From Pedobacter sp. (GTDB lineage: Bacteria; Desulfobacterota; Desulfuromonadia; Desulfuromonadales; Syntrophotaleaceae), in NCBI GenBank assembly GCA_050253415.1, contig JBFWJC010000002.1, positions 96,001 to 160,000 of the forward strand: a DNA stretch of 64,000 nt, given 5' to 3'. Positions within the stretch are counted from its first letter, which is position 1; each line of letters starts with the position of its first letter. A program made the translations under genes and the position numbers. A model generated the notes under the pieces. The model saw only the letters and a program-made list of their open reading frames with translations, searched no databases and was not told the origin of the DNA. Positions 10,399 to 18,567 of the stretch are shown here, piece by piece.

Positions 10399-10543
10399 CA
10401 GGGACACTCCCCTGTTTTCTTTGGGTCACGTGATGTGGGTGTCCGGGGGCGACTATGCGAGCGATTATCGGCATGGGGGCAGGATAAAAGAAATCTAAAT
10501 TAGGGGCAATTAAATTTTATGTAAAATAGGGGGAGTGTCCCTG
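10399..10543. mobile_element. Internally deleted (non-autonomous) copy of the RAYT-type element at 13108-13869
   Basis: Ends cagggacactcccctgtttt / aaaatagggggagtgtccctg are inverted repeats; 10421-10542 aligns closely with 13740-13861 and encodes MPIIARIVAPGHPHHVTQ on the minus strand. Confidence 0.85.
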
Positions 10544-10552
10544 GTTTGTCCT

Positions 10553-10612
10553 GGGAAATTGAGGGATACTCCCGAATGGCGCTGGTTTTCCTCTGCGGAA
10601 CGTCCCCTCTTG
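10553..10612. repeat. Mini RAYT-end/REP-like element
   Basis: gggaaattgagggatactcccgaatggcgctggtttt recurs at 12354-12390; ends in gaacgtccc, like 18479-18488. Confidence 0.6.
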
Positions 10613-10667
10613 GCAAGTGAACTCCGAAGGCATATCTGGCGGCACAATGAGTCTCTGGGATGACCGG

Positions 10668-11246
10668 TTAGCTCAAAAGAAGCATGTCGGGCAAATTTTC
10701 AAAGACAAGTCGAACGTCATCGTATTGTTCGAGGACTCTTACGACTTCCGGATGCGGATTTGCCCATATTTCGGGTAAGTCCCGTTCTTCTCTGTCATGT
10801 ATCGAAAACGCAAGAGCCTCAACAGGAGGGGTGAATTTCGCATCAATCCCTGGCTTGTTGCCTCGGGCATCGATGCGGTACCATCCATATTCCTTTATGA
10901 ACACGGCGTTCAGTCCATGCAGGCAATATGGGGGCTCTTTATCATTCACAGATAAACGTTGATAACAGAGCCCAGTCGGGATTCCGTTTTTACGTAGCAG
11001 TGCTGCTAAAAGATGACTTTTGGCATAACAATAGCCTGTGCCGTAAAGCAGAACGTCCGAGGCGCGGCAAGTCACAGGGTTTAGTTTGTAATCCCAACTG
11101 TGCTTAATTTCGTCTCGAACGAATTCAAAGCAGCGTCGTATCAGGTCCTGTTCGCTCGAAGCCCCCTTCGCCAGTTGTGCTGCTTTTCGAATAATTTCAG
11201 GATTGTCAAAATCAATATATGTACTCTTTTGAAGATATTTATTCAT
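10668..11246 (-). CDS. Transglutaminase-like (Cys-His-Asp) family protein
   Basis: GYCYAKSHLLAALLR, HGLNAV and WYRIDARG; start set at MNKYL; stop overlaps a GTTAGCT R-box-like motif. Confidence 0.88.
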   Translation of the reverse strand: MNKYLQKSTYIDFDNPEIIRKAAQLAKGASSEQDLIRRCFEFVRDEIKHSWDYKLNPVTCRASDVLLYGTGYCYAKSHLLAALLRKNGIPTGLCYQRLSVNDKEPPYCLHGLNAVFIKEYGWYRIDARGNKPGIDAKFTPPVEALAFSIHDREERDLPEIWANPHPEVVRVLEQYDDVRLVFENLPDMLLLS

Positions 11247-11354
11247 AAGTGGCCTGGCTGACATGTGGGGTGAGGGGCGCGGGGGAGCCCAGTTCGGAAA
11301 AGGTACCATACCATTTTGTGGTCTTGCATCGACTGCATTGGCCTTGTCGGGTTT

Positions 11355-12230
11355 CTATCGATTTTTTAATAGAACATCGCAAGTGATTCGAGCTACATCA
11401 GCAATAACCGCACTTTTTGTGTCGTTGGAAGCGGCAGACCCCGTATAAAACACCGTGACAATGAAAGGATCAAGTCCTCTGGGAAAAACAATTGCAACGT
11501 CGTTGCTTGCTCCATTTCCCCCGCTTCCAGTCTTGTCACCGACTACCCAAAAATTGTCGAAACCCGCTCGGAGTTTTTTCGCCCCAGTCGTATTCCCAAA
11601 CATCCATGCCTTGAGTTGTTCTTTGGATGCGGGCGAAAGGTAATCACCCATCAAAATCTTATGGAGCGTTTCAGCCATCGCCTTTGGGGTGCTGGTATCA
11701 CGTAAGTCACCTGGTATGTTCGTATTCAAAGACGGCTCATTTCGATCTAAACGCGTTGTGTTGTCGCCGATGGAGCGAAGGTACTCTGTAAGTGCTTTGG
11801 GGCCACCTATCGCATCAAGGAGTAAGTTGGCAGCCGTATTGTCGCTGTATTGAATGGATGCGGCGTTCAATTCGGACACCGTCATATGTCCTGTACTTAG
11901 GTTGTCTTTTGTAATTGGCGCATACTCAAGAATATCACTTGATTTATAAGATATTGGTCTATCCAGAGCCTCCATATTTGTATCGACTCTGGACAGAATG
12001 GCAGCCCCTAACAAAGCTTTGAACGTACTGCACATCGCAAATCGCTCGTTTTCTCGATAAGAAAGAAGCGGTGTTCCATTAGCCGAAATGACCGAAACAC
12101 CAATCCGTCCACTACTTTCATTCTCAAGCGTTGAAATTCTAGATGTAAATTCTTTCGACGGAACCGGTTCTTCCGAAGCTAATGCCAGTGATGTGAGCAG
12201 AATCATAAACAAAGTTAAGACATATCGCAT
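11355..12230 (-). CDS. bla: Class A beta-lactamase
   Basis: STFK (SxxK), SDN, EPSLN (omega-loop Glu) and KTG motifs; signal peptide MRYVLTLFMILLTSLALA. Confidence 0.95.
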   Translation of the reverse strand: MRYVLTLFMILLTSLALASEEPVPSKEFTSRISTLENESSGRIGVSVISANGTPLLSYRENERFAMCSTFKALLGAAILSRVDTNMEALDRPISYKSSDILEYAPITKDNLSTGHMTVSELNAASIQYSDNTAANLLLDAIGGPKALTEYLRSIGDNTTRLDRNEPSLNTNIPGDLRDTSTPKAMAETLHKILMGDYLSPASKEQLKAWMFGNTTGAKKLRAGFDNFWVVGDKTGSGGNGASNDVAIVFPRGLDPFIVTVFYTGSAASNDTKSAVIADVARITCDVLLKNR

Positions 12231-12353
12231 AAATTTGACTTCCTTGAGGGTAGAACGGTTTGGCCTAAACCTAACGAGCCTGTAGGAAAACCCCACAACT
12301 CTCTCGATTGATAAAAATCAGTCCCGGAATTTTATATCAAATCCATTTTTCTT

Positions 12354-12390
12354 GGGGGAAATTTAGGGATATCCGAATGGCGCTCGTTTT
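12354..12390. repeat. Solo RAYT-end/REP-like motif
   Basis: gggggaaatttagggatatccgaatggcgctcgtttt, a direct-repeat match to 10553-10588. Confidence 0.6.
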
Positions 12391-12557
12391 AAAAACAACA
12401 GGAACCCTTCGCATATTTTTCATTGCCACGAACCCTTGCTTGCGATAGCATCTCCGCCATTTCCAGCACTGCCGAATCATAGCAGCCGGTCACCCGCTCA
12501 TTTCACACGGCACGACAACGATCGCGCCGTAGCCTGTTTGCAGTTGAATTTCCTGAC

Positions 12558-13082
12558 ATGACCAACGACTCCTATATCACCTATCGCCCCATCGGCATCC
12601 TGCGATCCCCCTATACCCGGCGCATTGATGCACCTCATCAAAGCACAGTGGTGGAAGGCACTGAAACCGGAGCGTTGGCCACAGCTACCCTGGAACTTCA
12701 GGATTGGCTGGACGAGAAAGTCATCCAAGATCTGGCCGGCTTCGAGCGACTTTGGCTCATCTTCGACTTTAATCGGAGTGAAGGCTGGAAAAGCAGCGTC
12801 AAACCGCCCCGGGGTGGACCGAAGCGGGGTGTTCTGGCCACCCGCTCCCCTCATCGTCCCAATTCCATCGGCCTTTCGGCGGTGGAATTGGTCAAGATCG
12901 AAGGCAGGACGCTGCACCTTCGCGGCGTGGATCTCCTGGATGGCACCCCTGTTCTGGATATCAAACCCTACGTGCCCTACGCGGACGCCTTTCCCGACGC
13001 CAAGGCCGGCTGGATCGACGATCTGGATGAAAAGCTGGGACGTCATTCCGCGCCAGGACCTCGCAGGCCCAGGGGTGGGTAA
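12558..13082 (+). CDS. tsaA: tRNA (N6-threonylcarbamoyladenosine(37)-N6)-methyltransferase TrmO
   Basis: PIGIL, GVLATRSPHRPNSIGLS and DLLDGTPVLDIKPY motifs. Confidence 0.9.
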   Translation: MTNDSYITYRPIGILRSPYTRRIDAPHQSTVVEGTETGALATATLELQDWLDEKVIQDLAGFERLWLIFDFNRSEGWKSSVKPPRGGPKRGVLATRSPHRPNSIGLSAVELVKIEGRTLHLRGVDLLDGTPVLDIKPYVPYADAFPDAKAGWIDDLDEKLGRHSAPGPRRPRGG

Positions 13083-13107
13083 GAACGCTGTCGTGGCCTT
13101 GCCTATC

Positions 13108-13869
13108 GGGAAATTCAGGGACACTTCCCTGTTTTCTTTCTGGCCTTCCTAGTTTACTCAACCTCAATACTTGATTCAGTTGCAGTTCCATTTTTTCAAT
13201 AAATACATCTGATCCGAAGGGGCGTCCTGATCTGGTAGCTTTGCGTAGCAAATTTTCTGTTTGTTCGTCTTCTTGCGACACAAATCTGGCGTAGGCTTCC
13301 CTGTTATCCAGAGAGAGCCAAGAAGGCTCAGTCAGCAGGTCATCCTTTGTACCGTTAATATGAGTTTTTGCACTGGACCAGCGATAAATTTCTGCCCTGT
13401 CGGCAAGTCCTGCTTTCACCGGATTATTTTCGATGTAGCGTGCAACAGACCAGAGGTATGCGTCATCTTCAACGATGCAGGAAAAAAAGCGATTCTGCCA
13501 AATTCGACCACCCTGTTTCAACTTTCGATTCAAGTATTGGGTATAGACCTGAGTAGTCAGGCCGACGCCACGTGAAAGGGAGTCTTCCTTATCGGGAACC
13601 GCAAGAGGTGCACATGGTTGTCCGTCAGACAGTAGGCCCAAAGTTGTAAAGAGTGCCGCCTAGAGTATTTATGAAGGAGTTTCAGATAAGTATGGCGATC
13701 CTCATCATCGAAAAAGGTCACAGGGCGATTGTTGCCACGTTGGGTCACGTAATGTGGGTGTCCAGGGGCGACTAAGCGAGCGATTCTTTTCATAGAGGAA
13801 GGATAAAAGAAATATAAATTAGAGGCAATTAAATTTTATATAAAATAGGGGGAGTGTCCCTAATTTTCC
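13108..13869. mobile_element. RAYT-type (Y1 HUH) transposase unit with inverted ends
   Basis: Left end ggaaattcagggacacttccctgtttt matches the reverse complement of right end aaaatagggggagtgtccctaattttcc. Confidence 0.85.
13110..13793 (-). pseudogene. Frameshifted RAYT/Y1 transposase
   Basis: HYVTQRGNNR..YCLTDNHVHL in one frame; LAVPD..WQNRFFS..RYIENNPVKAGL..YRWSS in another; frameshift at ~13605. Confidence 0.88.
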
Positions 13870-13973
13870 TACAACGACACTGATGAAGGGCGACGGCACA
13901 CCGTGACAGACAGCACCGCATTTTTCGGGCAGCAGCCAGGCCCCTTTCGTCCCGCTCGATCAATTGGTTAGAC
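13869..13973 (-). other. Integron attC site 1
   Basis: Minus strand: GTCTAAC-5nt-gat[c]gagcggg[a]cga...tcgcccttcatc-GTTGTAG. Confidence 0.75.
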
Positions 13974-13975
13974 GA

Positions 13976-14547
13976 TTACTTTAAATGCAAGAAACAGTTC
14001 TTCTTCCGGCACAAACTTATGCAAGGTTTTGCTCAAAATGGTTATTGAGTTAAAGCATTTATTTACTGTTTCCTGCCCGTTGGTTAAGTAGTCTGACTAC
14101 ATTTTTAGCAAGGCTTCGGCGTCAATTTCGCCGTTTCTGAACGGTATCGCCTTAGATTTTGGATGTATAAGCTTGTTTTGTATTTTGAATAGAAAGTCTA
14201 GGGTTTCGTATGCTTGCTGGTCTTTCGGAAAGTCTTTCCTGCAATCATTTTGATTAAAACTATGCATTTAGAGAATGTATCGAGTTTGTCGATATGTTTA
14301 CTAAAAAAGGAATCGCCCCAATTTATGGAAGCGTAATCGTTGACAAAAGATTCTAGGTCCATTGCAGTGAAGACAATCGTTTTTATGCCAGAGTTCTCTC
14401 TGGATTTTCCTATTTCGAAATAAAGGTAAGAATCTTCTTCTAGGGTTGGCTCACGGTCTAGTGAAAATGACTCATCAAAAAAATTTTTTCACTTGAGGGA
14501 AATTTTATATAGGTCCACCAGAAAGAATTTTATCTTGCGTAGCTCAT
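13976..14547 (-). pseudogene. Degraded HEPN-family cassette gene, homologous to 22214-22834
   Basis: Manual translation TIVFTAMDLESFVNDYASINWGDSFFSKHIDKLDTFSK / LDFLFKIQNKLIHPKSK, with stops and frameshifts. Confidence 0.7.
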
Positions 14548-14559
14548 AATTATTCTTTC

Positions 14560-14642
14560 GTCTAAAGCCGCCAACACGTGCGGCCTTAGAGTGGAGGCGA
14601 ATCCGAAACGGAAAGACCGTCACGTACTTGGCATTGTTATGC
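14560..14642 (-). other. Integron attC site 2
   Basis: Minus strand: GCATAAC..gccaa[g]tacgtg[a]cggtctt...aaggccgcacgtgttggc..tTTAGAC (R' G mutated to T). Confidence 0.8.
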
Positions 14643-14712
14643 TGCTTGCAGACAATATTATTCTATGAAAATAGGAAAATAACGGCCAAGCATCTTAGCC
14701 AGTTTAAAGAAG

Positions 14713-15453
14713 TCATGATTTCCTAAACACTAAAACATTTGATCTAAACAATTTAAAAAGAAAAGAAATTACTTTGCTATTGCACGCTAAGGAGTATTTC
14801 CCAGAGCGGTAGTACTTTAATATCAAACTTCCGTGATTTCCTAAGTACTCAAAACCGCTTTTTTCAAATGCCTCAACAATAGCGCTATTACTTCGATATT
14901 CAGTGTATTTTCTCACATACTGTAAGGCTTCTTCAGGATTAGTTTTGAATTTCTCTCTAAAAAATCCAAATCTAGCACACATATTATAATAAATCTTATT
15001 TTTTAATATTCCACCGAACGGAACTCCTACATGAGGCTCAAGAATAGAGTATTTGGAAGGAAAGTAGTGTATTACTAATCCACCTGTTCTAAGTATGCGT
15101 GAATTTTCAGATATAAAATCATCAATGTTTTTAACATGCTCTAGCACAGCTCTGCTAGCCACAACGTTAAATATACAATCTTCGAAAGGCCAAATATATT
15201 GATCTTCCGAACTTCGAATGCTTGATCTAGAGGTAGCCGACATTCTAATCTTTTTGATGTAGCCCTCATCCAGCAGTTTTTTTGTATGCGGTCCTAGTTT
15301 AAATTCAACGTCCGTACCGAAAGTCGTATAACCCTTTTTTTTCAACTCTATGACGTTTCCGCCGTTCCCACAACCTACATCTAGGATTGAAATATCGTGT
15401 TTGCTAGTATTTGCATAGGATCGAATTAGCTCCTCTAAAATTTCAAGGTACAT
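14713..15453 (-). CDS. Class I SAM-dependent methyltransferase (cassette)
   Basis: ILDVGCGNG, VLEHV and RILRTGG motifs; AT-rich; bounded by attC sites. Confidence 0.88.
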   Translation of the reverse strand: MYLEILEELIRSYANTSKHDISILDVGCGNGGNVIELKKKGYTTFGTDVEFKLGPHTKKLLDEGYIKKIRMSATSRSSIRSSEDQYIWPFEDCIFNVVASRAVLEHVKNIDDFISENSRILRTGGLVIHYFPSKYSILEPHVGVPFGGILKNKIYYNMCARFGFFREKFKTNPEEALQYVRKYTEYRSNSAIVEAFEKSGFEYLGNHGSLILKYYRSGKYSLACNSKVISFLFKLFRSNVLVFRKS

Positions 15454-15510
15454 GCTTTCTTATTCCATAAAATATATTTTAATTACGCACTTGGCGCATT
15501 GAAAAACTTA

Positions 15511-15625
15511 GCACAACGGTTCATGATAACTGGCGGCGACGAATTGTTCGAACAACACCGCAATTTAGTTTTGCTTTTCAATTTAGCGCAGACGTATTTT
15601 CCGTCGGTTGATTAGTTTGTTAGCC
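15511..15625 (-). other. Integron attC site 3
   Basis: Plus strand gcacaac..tgataactggcgg...ccgtcggttgatta..gttagcc; strongly similar to attC 7. Confidence 0.85.
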
Positions 15626-16243
15626 CAATGGAATGTTTTGCAAAAGAGAATTTAGTGACTTTGAACCTGTAGGGCTGAGTAGCCATATGAAACCAAATAA
15701 GTTCAAAACCACGGTTACCCAAAATATGAATCTGAAGGATTCTTTTTTTGTCTTATGTCGTAAATTTTGCTGAGCGACTAATGCACCAGGCCAACCGCCA
15801 GCTAATGAAAACTTGTGCAAAGTGCTTTCCTGGATTCTCCATTTGCCTTTTTTGGAAGCGGACTTGTCCAATGCGTAGGCAATATATGTGAGGATGCTTA
15901 ACGATATGTAAATAATAAGGATGTGTATTGGAAGCTTCCCGCTTAGCACCGTAGCTGCCACAGTTCCCATAAATAGTATCGCTAATGCAAATGGAAATTT
16001 AGCCGAACTTTTGTTTTCGTACCTAACAGATCTTTCCTCTGCGCGAGTTGCGTTTATGGCACATTGACGACCTTTTTTGTCTATGGATTCACTGTAATTG
16101 ACTTTTTGACCGATCTCGGGTTGGCGGTAACGGTTGCTGAAGTCTTTGATATGGACAAAGATTTGTTTTCCACCAGAAGCGGGTAAAATAAAGCCGAATC
16201 CTTTGTCTTTGTTCCACGACGCGATGGTCCCTCTTTTTCTCAT
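15620..16243 (-). CDS. Cold-shock domain + DUF1294 protein (cassette)
   Basis: WNKDKGFGFI..IFVHI (CSD); YALDK..WRIQESTL..GGWPGA..RHKTKK (DUF1294); stop lies inside the attC R'' box. Confidence 0.92.
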   Translation of the reverse strand: MRKRGTIASWNKDKGFGFILPASGGKQIFVHIKDFSNRYRQPEIGQKVNYSESIDKKGRQCAINATRAEERSVRYENKSSAKFPFALAILFMGTVAATVLSGKLPIHILIIYISLSILTYIAYALDKSASKKGKWRIQESTLHKFSLAGGWPGALVAQQNLRHKTKKESFRFIFWVTVVLNLFGFIWLLSPTGSKSLNSLLQNIPLG

Positions 16244-16259
16244 ATCATTTTCTTTTAAG

Positions 16260-16338
16260 GGCTAACGTTAAGTTCACCGACGGCGTTCACGCCGTCCGAG
16301 CGTAGCGCAGCAAAGCGGTGTGCAACGATTGGTTAGCA
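16260..16338 (-). other. Integron attC site 4
   Basis: Minus strand: TGCTAAC-5nt-GTTGCACACCG...CGGTGAAC-5nt-GTTAGCC. Confidence 0.85.
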
Positions 16339-16369
16339 AATTTTATTAATGGTTGCACTTGTTGATGTT

Positions 16370-16670
16370 TAATCACTATTTATCATTTTTAGAAAATTTA
16401 TAATAAATTACAAAGCTAAATAGTGAAACTATCAATAAAGACAAAAATGAAAGTAAGCGACTTTTTGAGTAGTAAACTCTGGCAAGCTCCATTTGACTTT
16501 GCGTTGAATAATATGTTACCCAAGCATCACTTTCGATAAACCCAATGGAGTATTTGCTTCTATTTATTTGCCGAACTTCAAAGCCTCTACCTTCTTATCT
16601 CATCCCCTTTGAGTCCTGTCTTTTCAGCCATTGAGACAATTCATCTCTACCTGGAAATCGCTGTTGGTTT
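16370..16670 (-). pseudogene. 3' remnant of a membrane-protein cassette gene
   Basis: Open frame RGFEVRQINRSKYSIGF...LLSFLSLLIVSLFSFVIYYKFLKMINSD* ends before attC 4; 5' part missing next to the RAYT end. Confidence 0.5.
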
Positions 16671-16688
16671 GCTGGGTTTGTGGGGTTT

Positions 16689-17616
16689 GGGGTCGGACCA
16701 AGCTAACCTGTTGAATCCATAAACAAAATATCAAGAAAATAGCTGTTATTCGAGCTTAAAACCACCTTTTGGGGACCAAAATCAACCCTGTAAGGTTCAG
16801 ATGCCTCCCTCAACACACATCGGTCGGCCTCTAGTTGCTCGATTTTTCTTCCCAGCCCCTGCCTACCAAGCCTAGTCTTTATATCTTCAATAAATCCCAT
16901 ACCACCAACAGCGATACTCTCAGTCCAGAAACTTTCCCTTTGATGATTTCTGTCGCTAATGGCCGCATCGACCCATTGCCGGTGCTGCCTGGAAAACTCC
17001 TTGGAGTCCGAAAATCCGCAAAGGTTCCTTAAGCCCGCCTGGTCAATCACACCATACCGTTCAGGCGGATTCTGGATCTCGTTGTAGCCACACATATCCC
17101 ATTCCGATGGATGATTCACCACACCAGCGCGGACCATGTTGAGGTCCATATAAACAAGGCATCTGACAAGGTGTTCATTCCGCTCAACAGCTGTAGCGTG
17201 ATAACGGTCTTCCCAGAACGCTCCCTTGCGCTTTTTGCGTTGATTGAATTCTTGGGCGGTTCGGCTGGCAATCAGTTGCAGGCTTTTTGGAATGACATCC
17301 GGGCTATCATCAATGACCAATAGATGGATATGATTGGACGTGACGACATAATTTAATATTCTCAAGCCAAAGCGTTTCTTGGCTTCAAACAGCCAGGACT
17401 TCCAACGTCTTCTGTCCTTGGCGAATTTGAGGAGGAACTCTTTTTTATGGCAACGATGGGTGATATGCCATACCTGCCCGGGAATATGATGTCGGTTTGC
17501 TCTTGCCATTCTTAGACATCTCTTTTTGCCAGTGAAAACGCGTCGCTAAGATCAAATAAAGGGAAAAATAAGCCTATTTTCCGAATCATTACAGTTGTTT
17601 AGCTTGGTCCGGCCCC
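16689..17616. mobile_element. Second RAYT-type unit bounded by 18-bp inverted repeats
   Basis: ggggtcggaccaagctaa (16689-16706) vs reverse complement of ttagcttggtccggcccc (17599-17616): 17/18 match. Confidence 0.85.
16703..17509 (-). CDS. RAYT/Y1 HUH transposase (intact)
   Basis: WHITHRC, YVVTSNHIHLL (HUH), FWEDRYH and YMDLNMVRAG (catalytic Tyr). Confidence 0.92.
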   Translation of the reverse strand: MARANRHHIPGQVWHITHRCHKKEFLLKFAKDRRRWKSWLFEAKKRFGLRILNYVVTSNHIHLLVIDDSPDVIPKSLQLIASRTAQEFNQRKKRKGAFWEDRYHATAVERNEHLVRCLVYMDLNMVRAGVVNHPSEWDMCGYNEIQNPPERYGVIDQAGLRNLCGFSDSKEFSRQHRQWVDAAISDRNHQRESFWTESIAVGGMGFIEDIKTRLGRQGLGRKIEQLEADRCVLREASEPYRVDFGPQKVVLSSNNSYFLDILFMDSTG

Positions 17617-18387
17617 GACAAAACCGCTTTCTACACTTAACATTCGATCTAGCAATATTTTGTGAATGGCAGAAATTGCCATTTCGACCATTATTGCCAT
17701 CTTACCGATTTCGAGATTTAGATCGTCACTATAATCTAATATTTGCAATGCTAATATTGCACGATTGCAACTGTTTTTTAAGTCATGTAACCGACATCTT
17801 TCATCCGTTTTAAGGGTAGCGGATCGAACTGCATAAAACTCCTGTGCAGCCAGGAACAATTCTTCAATTATTTTAAAGGTATGCTTTAATTCGCGTCGAT
17901 TCAAAAGTATAGTGTGATCATGTCGAAATTGGAGATTATATGCCTTGAAATAGGCATTCCTTAGATCTGTCCATGCTGTCAAAATTGATTCTTCAGAGAT
18001 TGCAGTTCTGATATCTTCAATAGTACAATTAGTGTCTTGCTTAGAAACTATTATATGTAATCTTGTGTTAAGAGGAATTGGTAAGGACAAATAGTTAAGT
18101 GATATTAGTAAAGGATGCGCTTTGTATTGTGATTTAATTAACTCATCAATATCATCTTGAGTTATATTAAGAATTTTAAGTGACTGTTTAGCCACAAGGG
18201 AATATTTAAAGTATGTATCCATTGAGTTTGTTGGTTTACTTATTTGTTGTTCGACTTTATTTTTTGTAGCCTTTAAGGCGCGACGTCTTAAAAATTTCAA
18301 GAAATAAGAGGATGCAGAGACGACTAATACTGTCCCTGCACCGCTAAATATCCAGTCCTTTGCGTCAATAACCCAATCAAGTGACAT
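17599..18387 (-). CDS. Hypothetical cassette protein with N-terminal TM, C-terminus supplied by the RAYT inverted repeat
   Basis: AT-rich 262 aa ORF with GAGGTG RBS; last codons GAGPS* lie in the inverted repeat. Confidence 0.7.
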   Translation of the reverse strand: MSLDWVIDAKDWIFSGAGTVLVVSASSYFLKFLRRRALKATKNKVEQQISKPTNSMDTYFKYSLVAKQSLKILNITQDDIDELIKSQYKAHPLLISLNYLSLPIPLNTRLHIIVSKQDTNCTIEDIRTAISEESILTAWTDLRNAYFKAYNLQFRHDHTILLNRRELKHTFKIIEELFLAAQEFYAVRSATLKTDERCRLHDLKNSCNRAILALQILDYSDDLNLEIGKMAIMVEMAISAIHKILLDRMLSVESGFVGAGPS

Positions 18388-18449
18388 TTAATCACCTCTC
18401 GCCAATATTGACAAATTCATTCCATACTCATAGTCTTATTGTTTTAGTA

Positions 18450-18556
18450 CCAAACTTACCGGCGGCAATGGAGCGCAGGAAACGTCCCTGAATTCCTCAC
18501 TGCGGCAAATTTGGAGCGCAGCGGAAAGTTTGTCCGACACCAGCGCATTGTTATGT
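18450..18556 (-). other. Hybrid/disrupted attC site 5
   Basis: Minus strand ACATAACAATGCGCTGGTGTCGGACAAACTTTCCGCTGCGCTCCAAATTTGCCGCA, then gaggaattcagggacgttt, then a second attC-like half cctgcgctccattgccgccggtaagtttgg. Confidence 0.7.
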
Positions 18557-18567
18557 GAGGTTATCAC

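Noticed and set aside
11256..11352. Intact attC between bla and the transglutaminase gene
   Set aside because: Only degenerate R boxes (ggctgac / gtcgggt) and no convincing stem; treated as a possible remnant only.
12961..13641. Independent 226 aa gene
   Set aside because: It is the second frame of the frameshifted RAYT and reads through the element end into antisense tsaA.
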